Positions 59,882 through 64,000 of a stretch of DNA of 64,000 bases are shown here, one piece after another. Source of the stretch: an uncultured Campylobacter sp. (GTDB lineage: Bacteria > Campylobacterota > Campylobacteria > Campylobacterales > Campylobacteraceae); the NCBI RefSeq assembly GCF_937973075.1, contig NZ_CALBWL010000051.1:8335-72334 (forward strand). Direction: 5' to 3'. Within the stretch, counting starts at the first letter, position 1. Every line of letters begins with the position of its first letter. The notes beneath the pieces are model-generated. The model worked only from the letters and a program-made list of their open reading frames with translations. It searched no databases and had not been told where the DNA came from. Position numbers and translations under genes: made by a program.

Positions 59882-60426
59882 AAAGCCTAAGCAGCGAGCA
59901 AAAAAGCTATTTATTTCGCTCGATCCGCACCGTGCGCGACTTCCCAAAGCCCGGTATTTTGTTTTACGATATCACGACGCTCGTAGGCGATCGCGAGGCG
60001 TTTAATTTCCTGCTTGATCATCTAGCCGAGCGCTACGCCGATTACGGACTTGATTACATAGTAGGCATAGAAAGTCGCGGATTTATTTTTGCAGCGGCAC
60101 TTGCTGCGAGGTTGAGGGTCGCTTTTGTGCCAATTAGAAAGCCAAAGAAGCTTCCTTATATTACGATTTCGCAAAAATACAGCCTTGAATACGGCTTCGA
60201 TCAGGTCGAGATGCATGTGGATGCATTCTCCGGCGTGCAGGATGCCAAGGTGCTGCTAATTGACGATCTTATCGCCACCGGAGGCACGGCGCGCGCGGCA
60301 TTAGATCTCATCGCGCAGACGCAGGCCAAGTGCGTCGAGGCGTGCTTTTTATTAAATTTGCGCGAGTTAAACGATCTAGGCGAATTTTCGCGCCGCACAA
60401 ACGTTTATTGCGTTTTAGAGGCGTAA
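59878..60426 (+). CDS. apt: Adenine phosphoribosyltransferase
   Basis: 182 aa. FPKPGILFYDIT, and PRPP motif VLLIDDLIATGGTA. Confidence 0.93.
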   Translation: MKSLSSEQKSYLFRSIRTVRDFPKPGILFYDITTLVGDREAFNFLLDHLAERYADYGLDYIVGIESRGFIFAAALAARLRVAFVPIRKPKKLPYITISQKYSLEYGFDQVEMHVDAFSGVQDAKVLLIDDLIATGGTARAALDLIAQTQAKCVEACFLLNLRELNDLGEFSRRTNVYCVLEA

Positions 60427-60428
60427 TT

Positions 60429-61046
60429 TTGGAAGAGCTACTTAAAAATTTATTACAAGAATACCACCAATACGCCTATATCGTGCTTTTTGTTTGGTGT
60501 ATTTTAGAAGGCGAAATCGCACTGATTTTAGGCGGCATAATGGCGCACGAGGGGCACATAAATTTGCCGCTAGGTATCTTTGTCGCGGGTCTTGGGGCAT
60601 TTTGCGGCGATCAGTTTTATTTTTATATCGGTCGCTACAACAAAAAATATATCAGTAAAAAGCTCGCGGCGCAGCGCCGAAAATTTGCGATTGCACACCT
60701 ACTTTTGCAACGCTACGGCTGGCCGATAATTTTAATGCAGCGCTATATGTATGGCTTCCGCGTCATCATCCCGATGAGTATCGGTATAACTCGCTACAGC
60801 GCAAAGAAATTTGCGATTATCAATCTTTTTAGCGCTTGGTGCTGGTCGGGTGCGACGATGGTTTTAGCGTGGTATTTCGGCGAGGAGATCTGGAGCGGGC
60901 TGCGGCTAATCGAGCAACACTGGTATTTTGCGATACCTATCATAGGTGGAATTTTATATCTATTTTTTAGGTTATTTAAACGTATGGAAAATCACTTTAT
61001 GAACTCACGAAAGGAACGAGATGAAAGTAAAACTGCTAGATCGTAA
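60429..61046 (+). CDS. DedA-family membrane protein
   Basis: I chose TTG at 60429 (GAGG 7 nt upstream), just past the apt stop. The upstream part of ORF 60330 overlaps apt. LEGEIALILGG is the DedA motif. Confidence 0.75.
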   Translation: MEELLKNLLQEYHQYAYIVLFVWCILEGEIALILGGIMAHEGHINLPLGIFVAGLGAFCGDQFYFYIGRYNKKYISKKLAAQRRKFAIAHLLLQRYGWPIILMQRYMYGFRVIIPMSIGITRYSAKKFAIINLFSAWCWSGATMVLAWYFGEEIWSGLRLIEQHWYFAIPIIGGILYLFFRLFKRMENHFMNSRKERDESKTARS

Positions 61047-62481
61047 AATTAACGAGATAGAGGCGGATTTTGAAGTTATTTTGGTCGTGGATAAAAATTT
61101 AAATCACGAATTTATTAAAGACGCGGATAAGTTTGCGCTTTTTAACTACAAAGGCGAGGGCAATCTACTCCTTGCCGAGAGCGGGCGGCTGTACGTAGGG
61201 ATCAAAGAGCTTAGCTTCGATAGGTTGCGAGCGGCGCTTGCGAGCGCATACAATGTGCTTAAGGGCTACGCGATCAAAAATTTTAAAATCGCCTTTTATA
61301 AATGCGGCTGCGACCGCAGAAGCACGATGGCGATGGTCGAGGGCGTGCTTTTGGGCGGTTATGAGTTTAACAAATACAAAAGCGATAAAAAAAACTCCAG
61401 CTTGAATGAAATTTTAATCTCGACGCAGGAGTACGGCGGCAGTAGCCTCGACGTGCAAAAGATGAACTACGGCGTGCAGCAGGGCACCGTGATGGCAAAC
61501 GCCGCAAATTTCACGCGCGACGGCGTCAATGAGATTCCTGAAATTTACACGCCCGAAAAGATGGCGAGCGAGGCTGAAATTTTGGCGTCTAACTACGACG
61601 ACGTGAGCGTTAAAATTTACGACGAGGACTTTTTGCGCGAGCAGAATATGAATGCGTTTTTGGCGGTCAATCGCTCCAGCGCTCATCCACCGCGCCTCAT
61701 CCATCTGATCTATAAGCCGCAGCGCTGCTTAAAGCGCGTCGTTTTCGTGGGCAAAGGGCTTACTTATGACAGCGGCGGGCTAAGTCTGAAGCCGAGCGAT
61801 TATATGCTTACGATGAAAAGCGACAAAAGCGGCGCGCTTGCCGCGATGGGCATCATCAAGGGCGCCGCTGAGCTTGAGCTGCCGTTTGAGATACATGCGG
61901 TCATCGGCGCTACCGAGAATATGATCGGCGGCGATTCGTATAAGCCCGACGACGTGCTACTTAGCCGCAGCGGCGTAAGCATAGAGGTGCGAAACACCGA
62001 CGCAGAGGGCAGGCTCGTGCTCGCCGACTGCTTAAGCTACGCGCAGGATCTTGCCCCCGATCTGCTAATCGATATGGCGACGCTAACAGGCGCTTGCGTT
62101 GTGGGGCTTGGCGAATACACTAGCGGCATCATGGGAAACAGCGAGGAGCTAAAGCGTAAATTTAAAGATCTTAGCGATTGTAGCGGCGAGCTATTTAGCA
62201 TTTTGGAATTTAACGATTATCTGCGCGAGCTAATCAAAAGCAGTATCGCGGATGTCTCCAACTGCGCTTCCAGCAGGTACGGCGGCGCGATAACTGCGGG
62301 ACTATTTTTGGATAAATTTATAAAAGACGAGTATAAAGACAGGTGGCTGCACCTTGATATCGCAGGACCTGCGTATCTGGAAAAGGCGTGGGGCTATTAC
62401 GCCGCGGGCGCGACTGGCGCAGGCGTGAGAGCAAACTTATATTTCTTGCAGGCTCTAGCCAAAGAGCTGAAGGACGCGTAA
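61021..62481 (+). CDS. pepA: Leucyl aminopeptidase (M17)
   Basis: 486 aa. GKGLTYDSGG and the signature NTDAEGRLVLAD. Confidence 0.93.
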   Translation: MKVKLLDRKINEIEADFEVILVVDKNLNHEFIKDADKFALFNYKGEGNLLLAESGRLYVGIKELSFDRLRAALASAYNVLKGYAIKNFKIAFYKCGCDRRSTMAMVEGVLLGGYEFNKYKSDKKNSSLNEILISTQEYGGSSLDVQKMNYGVQQGTVMANAANFTRDGVNEIPEIYTPEKMASEAEILASNYDDVSVKIYDEDFLREQNMNAFLAVNRSSAHPPRLIHLIYKPQRCLKRVVFVGKGLTYDSGGLSLKPSDYMLTMKSDKSGALAAMGIIKGAAELELPFEIHAVIGATENMIGGDSYKPDDVLLSRSGVSIEVRNTDAEGRLVLADCLSYAQDLAPDLLIDMATLTGACVVGLGEYTSGIMGNSEELKRKFKDLSDCSGELFSILEFNDYLRELIKSSIADVSNCASSRYGGAITAGLFLDKFIKDEYKDRWLHLDIAGPAYLEKAWGYYAAGATGAGVRANLYFLQALAKELKDA

Positions 62482-63585
62482 ATGGGGCTTTCAGTAGGGA
62501 TCGTAGGGCTTCCGAACGTCGGTAAATCCACCACTTTTAATGCACTTAGCGGCGCGCAAAACGCGCAGGCGCAGAACTATCCATTTTGCACGATCGAGCC
62601 CAATAAAGCGGTCGTGCCCGTGCCCGATGCCAGGCTCGGTAAGCTAGCACAGATCGTTAATCCGCAGCGTATCGTGCATTCTACGATAGAATTCGTAGAT
62701 ATCGCGGGCCTCGTGCGCGGAGCTAGCAAAGGCGAGGGGCTAGGGAATAAATTTCTTTCAAATATCCGCGAGTGCGAGATCATCCTTCATATCGTGCGCT
62801 GCTTCGAAAGCGGCGACATAACTCACGTCGAAGGCTGCGTCGATCCTATCCGCGACATCGAGATCATCGAAACCGAGCTTATTTTAGCAGACATCGAGCA
62901 GCTTGGCCGCAAGATCGAGCGCCTCGGCAAGGAAGCCAAAGCAAATCAAAAGGGCGCTAAAGAGGCGCTAGCCTTGGCAAACGAGCTTTTAGCGCATCTA
63001 AACGACGGCAAGCCCGCTTCAAATTTTGCGCTCAAAGAGGACGAAAGCTACATCGCTTTAAATCGCGAGCTGCGCCTGCTTAGCGCCAAAGATGTAATCT
63101 ACGGCGCAAATGTGGACGAAGACGGCATCGCGCAGGATAACGAATATGTCGCGCGCGTAAGAGAATACGCAAATGCCCGCGGCGCCGAGGTGATCAAGCT
63201 CTGCGCCAAGATCGAAGAGGAGCTGATAGGACTAAGCGACGAGGAGACGCACGAGATGCTGCAAAGCCTGGGCGCACAGCAAAGCGGGCTGGAGCTCATC
63301 ATCAAGCGCTCCTTCGCAAAGCTCAGCCTCATCAGCTACTTTACTGCCGGTGAGATGGAGGTGCGCGCGTGGACGATCACGAAGGGCTGGAAGGCTCCGA
63401 AGGCCGCGAGCGTGATCCACAACGACTTTGAGCGCGGATTTATCAGAGCCGAGGTGATCGGATTTGATGATTTTATCGCGTGCGGCGGCGAGAGCAGGGC
63501 GAAAGAAGCGGGCAAAATGCGCCTTGAGGGCAAGGACTACGTCGTGCAAGACGGCGATGTGATGCACTTTAGATTTAATGTTTAA
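62482..63585 (+). CDS. ychF: Ribosome-binding ATPase YchF
   Basis: 367 aa. GLPNVGKST P-loop, NYPFCTIEPN, DIAGLV, and a C-terminal TGS-like domain (GFIRAEV). Confidence 0.95.
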   Translation: MGLSVGIVGLPNVGKSTTFNALSGAQNAQAQNYPFCTIEPNKAVVPVPDARLGKLAQIVNPQRIVHSTIEFVDIAGLVRGASKGEGLGNKFLSNIRECEIILHIVRCFESGDITHVEGCVDPIRDIEIIETELILADIEQLGRKIERLGKEAKANQKGAKEALALANELLAHLNDGKPASNFALKEDESYIALNRELRLLSAKDVIYGANVDEDGIAQDNEYVARVREYANARGAEVIKLCAKIEEELIGLSDEETHEMLQSLGAQQSGLELIIKRSFAKLSLISYFTAGEMEVRAWTITKGWKAPKAASVIHNDFERGFIRAEVIGFDDFIACGGESRAKEAGKMRLEGKDYVVQDGDVMHFRFNV

Positions 63586-64000
63586 ATTTGCGCTGCATTC
63601 GAGCGAAATTTAAAATTTTACGGAGTTTTAATTTACGCCGAATTTGCACACCCGATTCAAATTTTTAAATTTGCGAAATTTGAATTTCTATGGCGTGTGA
63701 GAATTTGAAAATTTAAAAATTTTGGTTGAAAGCAGCGATTTAAAATTTTGAAATTTCATAAAAAATTCCCGGGATCGAACGTATGCTCGGGTTCGGCTCG
63801 ATTTTAAAATTATATAAATTTAACTCGCGCAGGATGGAACTTTGAATATTATCGTAAGCAAGCTCAACTTTACAATTCTATGCACTTTAATCCGCTGTAC
63901 CTTTCGGTGGCGAATTTTGCGCACGGACTATAGATATGAATCTTTTGCCAAAATCCGAAGCTAAAAGTAAAATCACGAGCAGAATCGAAAATTTAAGCGT

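Noticed and set aside
1-64000. A search for tRNA/rRNA genes, IS elements or prophage genes, and poly-G/C phase-variation tracts.
   Set aside because: I saw no T-loop GGTTCGAATCC-type motifs, no rRNA-like stretches and no transposase- or integrase-like ORFs. I also saw no G or C homopolymer of 8 nt or longer; the longest noticed were runs of 5. The search was by eye only, so short or divergent elements could have been missed.

Overview
The window looks like chromosomal DNA from a Campylobacter with moderately high GC. I base this on gene content and on local gene orders I recall from C. jejuni: aspA-dcuA, ilvI-ilvH-lpxD, ispB-hemA-proS, lolA/secA, folD-lepB and rpiB-x-apt-dedA-pepA-ychF. I cannot name the species from sequence alone.

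Most of it is housekeeping: valS, proS, secA, ackA-pta, heme genes, a metY-rrf2-cysK sulfur operon, two OmpR-type response regulators (one with its kinase) and Lol components. I found no rRNA, tRNA, CRISPR array, IS element or prophage.

The strongest signal is compositional rather than a gene cluster. Intergenic spacers are unusually long (400-900 bp) and alternate GC-rich blocks with RAATTY cores (AAATTT, GAATTT, AAATTC, GAATTC). The 9-mer GCGGAATTT recurs far more often than chance predicts. The same RAATTY-rich DNA sits in frame inside conserved enzymes, giving Asn/Ser/Phe/Lys-rich insertions in RpiB (459 aa), HemA (519 aa), IspB, a HAD hydrolase, an LMW-PTP and the Pta linker.

Other points worth a second look:
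- A three-lipoprotein CsgG/DUF4810/DUF799-like cluster, followed by a DIP1984-like gene and a secreted CX5R phosphatase.
- A Met/Lys-rich periplasmic peptide coupled to a two-component system.
- A secreted ComEA-like protein with a polyproline repeat.
- Three decayed genes and several tandem repeats.

All homology calls are by eye from motifs. Nothing was searched against a database.
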